Positions 9,103 through 17,919 of a DNA stretch of 64,000 nt are shown here, in pieces. Origin of the DNA: Methanotrichaceae archaeon. Lineage in GTDB: Archaea; Halobacteriota; Methanosarcinia; Methanotrichales; Methanotrichaceae. The position numbers and the translations under genes were made by a program. The DNA lies in assembly GCA_963748825.1 (NCBI GenBank), contig CAVVKN010000003.1:66552-130551 (forward strand). Reading direction: 5' to 3'. A model generated the notes under the pieces. The model had not been told where the DNA came from and searched no databases. It saw only the letters and a program-made list of their open reading frames with translations. The number at the start of each line of letters is the position of its first letter. The stretch's first letter is position 1.

Positions 9103-10304
9103 AGTGAAGCCTCTTCATCATCCAGGCATTCCAGCACCCTGCATCTGAGCCTTCCCTGGCTCAGGATCAGCTCCAACACATCTCCCGGCCGGGCGTCCTG
9201 GGCCTGCAGTATCAAGCCCCTCCGTGAGCGGGCGATGGCATAGCCCCGCAGGAGGGTGGCCCGCGGCCCCACCGCGGCCAGGCGTCCTTTGGCCAGCTCC
9301 AGCCGGCTCTTCAGGCTCTGCATCTTATCTGCCTGGGCAGCTTCCAGGCTTTGGCTCAGATAATCCAGGCGCTGGCGAGCATCCCGCGACAGAGAGTACA
9401 TCCTTTTAGCAGAGATGCTGTGCTTTAGATACTCCAGACGCTCCTCTTTTCGTTCCAGGCCCGTCCAGAGAGCGCGCATCATTCTGACCTGGGCGGAGCG
9501 CAGCCCTTCCTTAATCTCCTCCACATCCGGCACAGCCATCTTAGCCGCAGCGGTAGGTGTCGCGGCTCGCATATCCGCCACATAGTCGGCAATGGTTACG
9601 TCCGTCTCGTGCCCGACGGCGGAGATGACAGGCGAGTCGCAGGCGAATATGGCACGGGCTACAATTTCGGAGTTGAAGCACCACAGATCCTCTGTCGAGC
9701 CGCCGCCGCGACAGACTATGATCACGTCGGCCCTGCCTTGCAGGGCCAAGATTGCAAAGGCAATACTCTCCTCGGCTCCGTCTCCCTGCACCTGGGCCGG
9801 GGATAGGATGATTCTGGCGGGATAGGGGCCTAAGGTTCGCAGAACATCTCGCAGCGCCGCTCCCTGGGGGGATGTGACAATGCCGATTCGCTCTGGATAC
9901 AAAGGCAGCGCCCGCTTTCTCTCTACCGAGAAGAGCCCTTCTGCGGCCAGCTTCTTTTTGAGCGCCTCCAGTTGCAGGTGCCGGAAGCCCAGGCCCTCAT
10001 CCTGCTTTATGCCGCGAGCTACGAGCTGCACTCTGCCCTGCGGCCTGTAAACGGCAACATCTCCGAAGACCAGCACATTCTTGCCGTCCTTCAGCTCAAA
10101 GTTTAGGGAGAGGCCGTTGTTCTTGAAGAGAACGCAGGAGATCGAAGAGCCCTGGTCCTTGAGAGTGAAATATCTGTGTCCAGACCTGTGATGAAGGTAG
10201 TTGGAGACCTCGCCTCGTGCCCAGAGGTCATGCAGGCGGGGATCGTTCTCCAGGCGGTCTGCTATCCTCTGATTCAGGTCGGTGACAGTGAATATCTGGG
10301 TCAA
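9099..10304 (-). CDS. xseA: Exodeoxyribonuclease VII large subunit
   Basis: SGHRYFTLKD OB fold, RGGGSTEDLWCFN, SAVGHETD, ATPTAAA. Start set at a TTG (approximate). Confidence 0.95.
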   Translation of the reverse strand: MTQIFTVTDLNQRIADRLENDPRLHDLWARGEVSNYLHHRSGHRYFTLKDQGSSISCVLFKNNGLSLNFELKDGKNVLVFGDVAVYRPQGRVQLVARGIKQDEGLGFRHLQLEALKKKLAAEGLFSVERKRALPLYPERIGIVTSPQGAALRDVLRTLGPYPARIILSPAQVQGDGAEESIAFAILALQGRADVIIVCRGGGSTEDLWCFNSEIVARAIFACDSPVISAVGHETDVTIADYVADMRAATPTAAAKMAVPDVEEIKEGLRSAQVRMMRALWTGLERKEERLEYLKHSISAKRMYSLSRDARQRLDYLSQSLEAAQADKMQSLKSRLELAKGRLAAVGPRATLLRGYAIARSRRGLILQAQDARPGDVLELILSQGRLRCRVLECLDDEEASL

Positions 10305-10515
10305 GATAATGGCGTTTCTATCCGGCCCAATATTTAAGGACGATTCATGTGCGAGGCGAAACTGATGAAGCGTAATTATCGGCAAACTCAAGCAGAATGA
10401 GATTTTTTTGTTTTAGGGATGGTGCTACCGAATTATATCTTCAATTAAACTAATTTGGTCCTAACACAAGAAAACTTTATATGGCAGAATATCGTTGCAA
10501 TTAAGCGGTGAAGCA

Positions 10516-11212
10516 ATGCACATAATGGAGGGTTTTCTTCCTCATCCCTGGTGGGAGATCTGGTTTCTACTCTCACTTCCCGTAGTTGCCTTTGGTGTCT
10601 ACAAGATGAACATGATGATAAAGGATAATCGGGAAACTTTGCCCTTGTTGGCCGTGGCGGGAGCCTTCGTCTTCGTTCTCTCCTCCCTAAAGCTGCCCTC
10701 CGTCACCGGGAGCTGCTCTCATCCCACAGGTACGGGAATGGGCTCCATAATCTTCGGCCCCTGGATAACATCGGTCCTGGCCGTGATTGTCCTGGTCTAC
10801 CAGGCCGTATTTCTGGCGCACGGCGGCCTGACCACCCTGGGTGCAAACACTTTTTCCATGGGAATTGCCGGCCCGGTTATTGGATACCTGGTTTACAAAG
10901 CCGCCACACGAGCGAGGCTGCATCTGTACCTGGCGGTTTTCCTGGCGGCGACTTTGGCCGATTGGGCCACCTATCTTGTCACATCCATACAGCTGGCGCT
11001 GGCCTTTCCGGCGGCATACAGGTGGCGTGCTCGCCTCCTTTGAGGCCTTTGCCGCTGTCTTTGCCATAACCCAGATTCCTCTGGCCATAGTGGAGGGGAT
11101 GGTGACGGCATTGATGTTCAAATATATCGTGCAACTGAGAAGCGATGTGCTGGTGAGAATGAATGTGGTCTCCCTAAATACGATAAAAAAGCTGAAGGAG
11201 GCTGTGGCATGA
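10516..11212 (+). CDS. cbiM: Cobalt/nickel ECF transporter S component CbiM (frameshift near 11020, probably a sequencing indel)
   Basis: MHIMEG N-terminus, GSCSHPTGTG, AHGGLTTLGAN; the C-terminal FAITQIPLAIVEG lies in ORF 10841-11212. Confidence 0.9.
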
Positions 11213-11538
11213 AAATAAAACTGGAGCTTTTAACATTAGGCGTTATAGTGCTCTTCATCGCCGCCTTTGCTTATGTCAGCTCCAGCCAGAATCACGAGTG
11301 GAGCGGAGCAGACAGCCAGGCCGAGGATGTGATCTCCGATCTCACCGGCGGCACCTACATCCCATGGTTCCAGTCCATTTATACTCCGCCTAGCGGCGAG
11401 ATTGAGAGCCTTCTCTTTGCCCTGCAGGCGGCCATCGGCAGCCTTATAATCGGCTATTTTTTAGGCTACTACCGTGCTCTGGCCAAGATAAAAGCAGATA
11501 ATGCAGCCCAGGAGCGAGATGGAAAGTCTAATGCATAA
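11209..11538 (+). CDS. cbiN: Cobalt transport protein CbiN
   Basis: GADSQAE, PPSGEIESLLFALQAAIG. Confidence 0.93.
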   Translation: MKIKLELLTLGVIVLFIAAFAYVSSSQNHEWSGADSQAEDVISDLTGGTYIPWFQSIYTPPSGEIESLLFALQAAIGSLIIGYFLGYYRALAKIKADNAAQERDGKSNA

Positions 11539-12313
11539 TCTTCTTGACGACTACGCCCATGGCAATGCTCTGCGGGAGACCAGTGCCCGGCTCAAACTGT
11601 TCTTGGGCCTGGGGGCCATCCTCCTTTCGGTATCATCCACGACTCCAATAGCGCCTCTATTCATGGCCATAACCTTGAGCCTCGTAACTGTGGTGCTGGC
11701 CAAAATTCCCGGACGCATCTATTCCCGGCTGCTGATGGTGCCTCTATCCTTCGCCTTGCTCAGCGCCGGCGTGGTGGCCTTCATGCATGGCAGCGGGCAG
11801 ACACTATTTTCCGTGGAGCTCTTCGGCTTTAATTTGGCCATCGGAGAGGAAGGAGCAAACCTGGCCGCACTTCTTATCGCCCGGACCTTTGGTGGCATGT
11901 GCTCTATGTTTTTCATAGCTTTAACCACGCCCATGATTGAGATCTTTGCCGTGCTCAAATCCTTGCGGATACCGCAGTCCGTCATTGAGCTGTCCATGAT
12001 GATTTATAGGTACATCTTCGTCTTTTTGGACCAGGCGGCCATGATCCACAGCGCCCAGATGATGCGCCTGGGAGATGCCGGGACAAAGAATTCCCTGAAC
12101 TCCTTTGCCATGCTTTCCAGCGTTCTTTTCCTCCGCTCCTGGGAGCAGGGGGAAAGGCTCATCGTGGCCATGGACTCTCGTTGTTACGACGGCAAGCTCG
12201 ATCTCATGGTGCCTGCAGAGGGGGCAAAGCCCAGGGCGATTTTTGCGGTAACAGTATATTTGGCCGCAGCTACAGCCATCGCTGTTTTAACCAGAGGCGT
12301 CCAGCTTCTGTGA
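11531..12313 (+). CDS. cbiQ: ECF transporter T component CbiQ
   Basis: Multiple TM helices, MIYRYIFV, AMDSRCYDG. Confidence 0.92.
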   Translation: MHNLLDDYAHGNALRETSARLKLFLGLGAILLSVSSTTPIAPLFMAITLSLVTVVLAKIPGRIYSRLLMVPLSFALLSAGVVAFMHGSGQTLFSVELFGFNLAIGEEGANLAALLIARTFGGMCSMFFIALTTPMIEIFAVLKSLRIPQSVIELSMMIYRYIFVFLDQAAMIHSAQMMRLGDAGTKNSLNSFAMLSSVLFLRSWEQGERLIVAMDSRCYDGKLDLMVPAEGAKPRAIFAVTVYLAAATAIAVLTRGVQLL

Positions 12314-12320
12314 GGCTACT

Positions 12321-13481
12321 ATGACAATCATCCTTGAAACCAGAAGTCTCAGTTATTCCTATGGAGACGGAACCCCTGCCCTGAAGGACGTGAGCATATC
12401 TCTGCAAAAGGGAAAAAAGGTCGCCCTGGTGGGGCCCAATGGAGCCGGCAAGTCCACGCTCATGCTCATGTTCAACGGCATCCTGCGGCCTAGCGAGGGC
12501 GAGGTTCTCTTTCAGGGCCGGCCCATGAGTTACGATGCCGCCAGTCTGCGGTCCATCCGCCGGGCAGTGGGCATGGTCTTCCAAAATTCAGACGACCAGC
12601 TCTTTGCGCCTACCGTTTACCAGGACGTGGCCTTCGGCCCTACCAATCTGGGATATGCTGCGGAAAAGGTGAAGAGGTACGTGGGCTTTGCCCTGCAGTA
12701 CGTGGGCCTCTTTGGATATGAGCGCCGTCCACCCCACCACCTGAGCGGCGGCGAGAAGAAGAGGGTGGCCATCGCCGGCATACTGGCCATGGAGCCGGAG
12801 GTGATTATTCTCGATGAGCCCACCTCCAACCTCGATCCGGCAAGCTCCGAAGAGATCATGGAGATGCTCGATGAGCTGAACTACGGCGGAAAGACATTGA
12901 TCATCTCCACTCATGATGTGGACCTGGCCTACCGCTGGGCGGATGAGGTCATTCTCATGAAGGAAGGTGGTGTGGTGCGCCGGGGCACAGGACAGGAGGT
13001 ATTCGGAGATGCCAAGCTGATACGAGACGCCCGGCTCAAGCTACCCCTCGTGGTAGACCTCTACCAGGAGCTAGCCGGAAGGGGCATTGCCAGAGGGTCA
13101 AAGCCGCCCAGGAACATCCTTGAGCTTTGCGATCTCTTGCAGCCAAAGGCGGAGGAGCGTGCCCTTCCCGCGGCTCTGGGCAAAATATACATCTGCAATG
13201 TAGATGAGGATGAGGGGGAAGAGATCCAGGCCATGCTCGAAAAAATTCCGGCTGGCTTTAAGGGCGCTATGGGCACCAGTGCCAAGGTCATGGCGGAAAA
13301 GTGCGGCATCTCAATAGATTTTACTTATGGCGTCATCGACAAATGCATCCTCAAGGCGTTGATTGGCAAGAACTCTATCATAATGACCTCTGGGGGAATG
13401 GTAGACCACACCCTGCAGAGGATCAAGGACTACGGCCTGGAGTCTGGAGCTTGCATCGAGGCGATCAGGCTTTTGCAATGA
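12321..13481 (+). CDS. cbiO: ECF transporter ATPase CbiO with C-terminal extension
   Basis: GPNGAGKS, LSGGEKKR, ILDEPT; about 110 extra C-terminal residues. Confidence 0.92.
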   Translation: MTIILETRSLSYSYGDGTPALKDVSISLQKGKKVALVGPNGAGKSTLMLMFNGILRPSEGEVLFQGRPMSYDAASLRSIRRAVGMVFQNSDDQLFAPTVYQDVAFGPTNLGYAAEKVKRYVGFALQYVGLFGYERRPPHHLSGGEKKRVAIAGILAMEPEVIILDEPTSNLDPASSEEIMEMLDELNYGGKTLIISTHDVDLAYRWADEVILMKEGGVVRRGTGQEVFGDAKLIRDARLKLPLVVDLYQELAGRGIARGSKPPRNILELCDLLQPKAEERALPAALGKIYICNVDEDEGEEIQAMLEKIPAGFKGAMGTSAKVMAEKCGISIDFTYGVIDKCILKALIGKNSIIMTSGGMVDHTLQRIKDYGLESGACIEAIRLLQ

Positions 13482-13539
13482 TTTTGTGGTTTCTTGCTGT
13501 TTCTAGAGGCACCGAAAACCTTAAGTAAAATCAACTTGA

Positions 13540-13650
13540 CTGAAGGAAAGTACATTGGAATAACTGGCTATTCCAAGCGTCCATTCAGCACCAGATGCGA
13601 GGATCAACTGGCTGGCAGTTCAGTCCTCGCTCTGGATCTCCCCTCCAAAG
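13540..13650 (+). ncRNA. Candidate sRNA (two hairpins plus a CU-rich tract)
   Basis: Promoter-like gaaaacCTTAAGTA at 13514-13527; stems TTGGAATA/TATTCCAA and CCAGA-GCGAGGA/TCCTCGC-TCTGG; CTCCCCTCC at 13638-13646; intergenic between convergent genes. Confidence 0.5.
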
Positions 13651-13689
13651 CAATCTTGTTACAAGTATAATTGGGTAATATGCATACAA

Positions 13690-13752
13690 TAAGTAACGAG
13701 CGGGTAGGGGAGTGGGGGTTAGTGAAAAAGATGTGTGTACCCGCTCTCGTTC
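13690..13752 (-). ncRNA. Candidate sRNA hairpin with C-rich loop
   Basis: Minus-strand gaaaagTATTTATA promoter near 13769-13782; stem 13695-13706 pairs with 13738-13751; the loop contains ACCCCCACUCCCC. Confidence 0.45.
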
Positions 13753-13795
13753 AACAACTTTTTGATCGTATAAATACTTTTCTGGAAATAATTTA

Positions 13796-14572
13796 TTACT
13801 GTTTTTGTCCATATGCTTTTTGTCTGGCGATCTTTGCCGCATAAGCGCCTGCTACAAAGCCCGCATCAATATTGACCACAGTGAGAACGGAGCAGGACTG
13901 CAGCATGGAATAAAGGGCCGCCTGTCCAGCTCCGCCCAAACCATAGCCGGTGGAAACGGGCAGGCCGATAACCGGGGCCTCTACCAGTCCGGCCACCACA
14001 GCCGGCAGCGTCCCTTCCCGTCCGGCCGCCACCACGAAGGCATCAACATTTGCCATCCTCTCCAGGCAGGGAAAGAGCCTATGAATGCCTGCCACTCCCA
14101 CGTCGTACTCCGAGATGACATTGCAGCCCATCTCCTCCGCCACCACGCGCGCCTCCTCAGCGACCGGCATGTCGGCGGTGCCTGCTGCCAGGATGCCCAC
14201 CCATCCCCTTTTGGCCTGCGGCTTTGCGGACCGGAGGACCACCGTCTTGGCTCGAACGTTGTGCTCCAGCTCACAGCCCTCGGGCAGTTTTGCTGACTGC
14301 AGGTGCTCCAGCTGTTCTGCCGAGACGCGCGTGATGATCACACTGCCAGTTGCCTGCAGGTGGGCCAGGGAGATGGCCACAAGATCGGTTTTATCCTTTC
14401 CTTCAGCGAGAATGGCCTCAGGAATGCCGATGCGATCCGCCCGGCAGATGTCAAGCTTTGCCACCTCTCCTACTGCCAGGAAGCTTTGGCGTTTGATGCG
14501 GCGCAAGGCCTCTTCCAGGTCCATATCCCCCCGGCCAAAGCACTCCAGCAGCTCTCTCAGGTTCTCTTGCAC
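13796..14572 (-). CDS. larB: Nickel-pincer cofactor biosynthesis protein LarB (PurE-like)
   Basis: GIPEAILAEGK, AGTADMPVAEEA, DVGVAGIHRL, AGREGTLP, PVSTGYG, VVNIDAGF. Confidence 0.92.
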   Translation of the reverse strand: MQENLRELLECFGRGDMDLEEALRRIKRQSFLAVGEVAKLDICRADRIGIPEAILAEGKDKTDLVAISLAHLQATGSVIITRVSAEQLEHLQSAKLPEGCELEHNVRAKTVVLRSAKPQAKRGWVGILAAGTADMPVAEEARVVAEEMGCNVISEYDVGVAGIHRLFPCLERMANVDAFVVAAGREGTLPAVVAGLVEAPVIGLPVSTGYGLGGAGQAALYSMLQSCSVLTVVNIDAGFVAGAYAAKIARQKAYGQKQ

Positions 14573-14632
14573 AGCCCTTAAAATAGATCGTCAAGCATAA
14601 AGGGTTTATCCCCGCATGGAGGATGAAAAGAG

Positions 14633-15847
14633 ATGCTTGTAAACCTTGATCTTCACATTCATTCCCGCTATTCGATGGCCGTCTCCGCAGACATGAAGCT
14701 GCCCGAGATTGCCAGAGAGGCGGCGCGTAAAGGCGTGAAGATCATGGCCACGGGAGACTGCCTGCATCCCCTGTGGCTGGATGCCATAAAGAAGCTCCCC
14801 GAGGCCGACGGGCTCTTTCATCTGGACGATACGCATTTTGTCCTCAGTGTGGAAGTGGAGGATCGCAGCCGCGTGCATCATCTCATCTTTTTGCCGGATA
14901 CGGCCAAGGCCGAGCAGCTGCAGGAAGCTTTCGCTCCCTACTCTACGAACCTGTCGGCAGACGGCAGGCCACGGCTGCATTTGAACGGCGCTGAGATTGC
15001 GGATCTTGTTATTGAGGCGGGCGGCCTGCTGGGACCTGCCCACGCCTTCACACCCTGGACGGGCATATTTGCTTACTTTCGCTCTCTTGCCGAATGCTAC
15101 CAGGAGAAGGCGGAACAGATTCGTTTTATTGAGCTGGGCCTCTCGGCGGACACGGATTATGCGGACCGGATTGCGGAGCTCACCTCCCGGACATTTCTCT
15201 CCAACTCCGATGCTCATTCGCCGCGCTCCAACAAGCTGGCCCGGGAGTTCAACCAGATGGATCTGGACAATTTCAGCTATCAGGATCTTATCCTCGCCAT
15301 CAAGCGTGAGGGCGGGCGGCATCCTACAAAGAATGTGGGCCTTTTCCCGGAGGAAGGAAAATACAATCGCACCGCCTGCACGCGCTGCTACCGGCAATAC
15401 TCTCTTAGCCAAAAAGATGAGCTGATGGGACGCTGTCCGGAATGTGGGGGCCAGATCAAGCTTGGCGTGACGGACCGGGTAAATCTTCTGGCCGATTATG
15501 AAAATCCCGTGCATCCGCCTCACCGGCCACCTTACTTGCATATCATTCCCCTGGCCGAGATCATTGCCCTTGCCCTGGGCCACAAGAGCGTCATGACGGC
15601 CGGCGTGCAGAAGCGCTGGAGCGAGCTGACGGAGGAGAAGACGGAGATTGAGGTATTGTTGCAGGCCGATCTCGCGGAGATGAAGGCCGAGCCGAGAGTT
15701 ATCGAGGCCATCCAGAACTTTCGCATGGGCCGGGTAGAGGTCAGGCCCGGGGGCGGAGGCAAGTACGGAGAGGTCAGGCTGGCCGAGCCAGCCGGGGCGG
15801 AAGCGGGGCAGGGGAAAGCGGGGCAAAAGTCTCTCTTCGACTTTTAG
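14633..15847 (+). CDS. PHP-domain / Zn-ribbon nuclease, TIGR00375 (endonuclease Q) family
   Basis: DLHIHSRYS, GPAHAFTPW, ELGLSAD, NSDAHS, GKYNRTACTRC...CPECGG, PGGGGKYG. Confidence 0.88.
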   Translation: MLVNLDLHIHSRYSMAVSADMKLPEIAREAARKGVKIMATGDCLHPLWLDAIKKLPEADGLFHLDDTHFVLSVEVEDRSRVHHLIFLPDTAKAEQLQEAFAPYSTNLSADGRPRLHLNGAEIADLVIEAGGLLGPAHAFTPWTGIFAYFRSLAECYQEKAEQIRFIELGLSADTDYADRIAELTSRTFLSNSDAHSPRSNKLAREFNQMDLDNFSYQDLILAIKREGGRHPTKNVGLFPEEGKYNRTACTRCYRQYSLSQKDELMGRCPECGGQIKLGVTDRVNLLADYENPVHPPHRPPYLHIIPLAEIIALALGHKSVMTAGVQKRWSELTEEKTEIEVLLQADLAEMKAEPRVIEAIQNFRMGRVEVRPGGGGKYGEVRLAEPAGAEAGQGKAGQKSLFDF

Positions 15848-15866
15848 CAATCATGAGGCACCAAAT

Positions 15867-16830
15867 ATGGAAAGATCCAGGACTAGATATTTGTTAAAGA
15901 CCTCAATTGCGTTGATATTGGGGCTGGCCCTCATCTCCAGCGGGAGCGCAACTTTCTGGTCTTCCACAGTGGGCACGAAATCCTCATCCTGGTCCATCTA
16001 CCGCCAGAGCGGGAACTTGAGCTTCGATTACTCTCAATCGGTTCAAGGGAACCGTATCGCCCGTAGACTACCATGGCAGATCCCTGAGCCCTTACCACTC
16101 CGACTACCAAGAGGTGAATGTGAACGACGTCCGCCTGCGCGACCGAACCTCTGCCTTCCAGGGAAACTACAGCTCAGAGGAGCTGATGTACCTGCGGTCG
16201 GATACCAGCAATTCGATTAGCATTGACAACACCAAGTCCGGAGGAAGCTCGGTCTACACCATCCAGTACGTTGAGCAATGGCCTGTGATTCTCAAATATG
16301 GCAAAAACATGAGGTACTCCGGCAGGGAGATAAACGACCGGGAGTTTGTGGGGAACAATCTGGACTTTGCAGGCAGCAGTCTGCTCTACAACCAGGAGCT
16401 TTCTAGGGATACATACGCGGGCCTACTGCTGAAGAGGATGAACGCTACCGTGCTGGCTACCGATGATGCTATTCTCTCTGCTGATTTCATGCCTTCCAGA
16501 GAGATGGTCTACAGGATCAAGACTCATACTACCGGCATTGCAGACCTGAAATACAGGCTGACCAGCCCCAGCTATGATCTCAAACATGTGAGCTATCCGG
16601 CGTTGATCCAGGGCGAGGAGAGGTACGTTGGGACCTACAATATCACAAGGAGCATCCACATTAAATCCGATTTCGAGAAGCCCGACTTCGAGAACAGCAC
16701 GCCAGAGGACTGGCTCCCCTGCTGCTTTGCCGGCTGGAGCGACATGAATCCCCTGGACAAGAGGGACTTGGGGGTCAGTGCCAAAGAGATCTTCGACTGT
16801 AGCTGCGGCAAATTTCCCGCTATTGAGTAG
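15867..16830 (+). CDS. Secreted hypothetical protein with Cys-rich C-terminus (frameshift near 16050)
   Basis: Signal peptide in ORF 15867-16220, body in ORF 16114-16830, ending WLPCC...IFDCSC. Confidence 0.7.
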
Positions 16831-16845
16831 CTAGATCAGGCAGCT

Positions 16846-17601
16846 TTGCTGGTCTTTGAGAAACAGTCCAATCCCTACCTCAATGCAGTCCATTCTCAGG
16901 TCGAACAGGATGTCTTGAGGAGGCTTCAGAAATCCTTTGACAACTTCTTTCGAAGAGTTCGCGAAGGGGCTCGAAAAAAAGGCTACCCCAGGTTCAAGTC
17001 CATTAACCACTATCGCTCGGTTACCTATCCACAGTCCGGGTTTAAGCTGAATGGCTCTCGGCTGACACTTTCAAAAATTTTCGGCACAATTAGAACCTTT
17101 GTGCATAGGCCGATTGTGGGCAGGATCAAAACCTGTTCGATCAAGCGAGATAAGACAAATGCATGGTATGTCATATTTACGACCGAGCTTGAGAATCCAA
17201 CCAAGCAGGAGACCAAGACCACGATCGGAGTAGACCTTGGCATCACTCATGCAGCCGTAACTTCGGACGGTCAGTACTTCGACTATCCAAAGTACTATTT
17301 CCAAGCTGAAAAGAAGAATCGAGCTGCCAATAAATCGTTGTATCGCAAGGAGCTCGGTTCCAATAACCGGAAGAAAGCCCAGACAAAGTTGGCCCGGATC
17401 GCAAAGAGGGTAACCAACCTTCGAGAGGAGTTCTTGCATCAGGTATCCTGGAAACTTGTAAACTCGGCTGACAGAATCATATTCGAAGATCTGAGCATCC
17501 AGAATATGCTTAAGAACCATTGTCTGGCAAAGCATATTCAGGATGTCTCATGGGGAAAGCTAATACGCTTCACGGTGAGCAAGGCTGAAAGAGCTGGCTG
17601 A
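16846..17601 (+). pseudogene. tnpB: Truncated IS200/IS605-family TnpB (RNA-guided nuclease) remnant
   Basis: KGYPRFKS, YPQSGF, GVDLG (RuvC-I) and IIFEDL (RuvC-II) are present. The N-terminal segment is missing, and the ORF stops at KAERAG before the Zn finger and RuvC-III. Confidence 0.85.
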
Positions 17602-17611
17602 ATCCAGAAGA

Positions 17612-17785
17612 TCATGCTAAATCTCTCACCGCCTCCAGCACCTTTTTCGCCGCCGAGCACCTCTCCGCCCTGGAGGTATCTGCCGCCATCTGCTCCAGAT
17701 CCCCGACGTTGATTTGGCCCATCTTGAACTTTGTAACAAGAATGCCGGTCATGACGGCATCGCTATGCTTCGCTTTCTTAGCCAA
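17612..17785 (-). CDS. Small 57-aa hypothetical protein (not in the ORF track)
   Basis: TTG start after a G-rich RBS; MAKKAKHSDAVMTGILVTKFKMGQINVGDLEQMAADTSRAERCSAAKKVLEAVRDLA; host-like codon usage. Confidence 0.6.
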   Translation of the reverse strand: MAKKAKHSDAVMTGILVTKFKMGQINVGDLEQMAADTSRAERCSAAKKVLEAVRDLA

Positions 17786-17919
17786 TTTTCCCCCTACCTA
17801 ACACGCCTGCCTGGATCTCTCTGGCCTGGCCCCTCAGGTAGTCGATGGAGGAGTAATTAGCTTGTGCTCAGCCGTTCGACCGCCAACTACAAATATTCAT
17901 AACGATCATATAGATAGTT

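Noticed and set aside
8893-10304. Bacterial-type exonuclease VII in an archaeon as a novelty
   Set aside because: xseAB are already known in several euryarchaeal lineages, and codon usage is host-like.
13555-13576. NrpR operator (GGAA-N6-TTCC)
   Set aside because: The spacing is N10, not N6.
14606-15850. 414-aa minus-strand ORF, and similar long shadow ORFs such as 56981-58054
   Set aside because: Antisense shadows of well-supported GC-rich genes, with no motifs.
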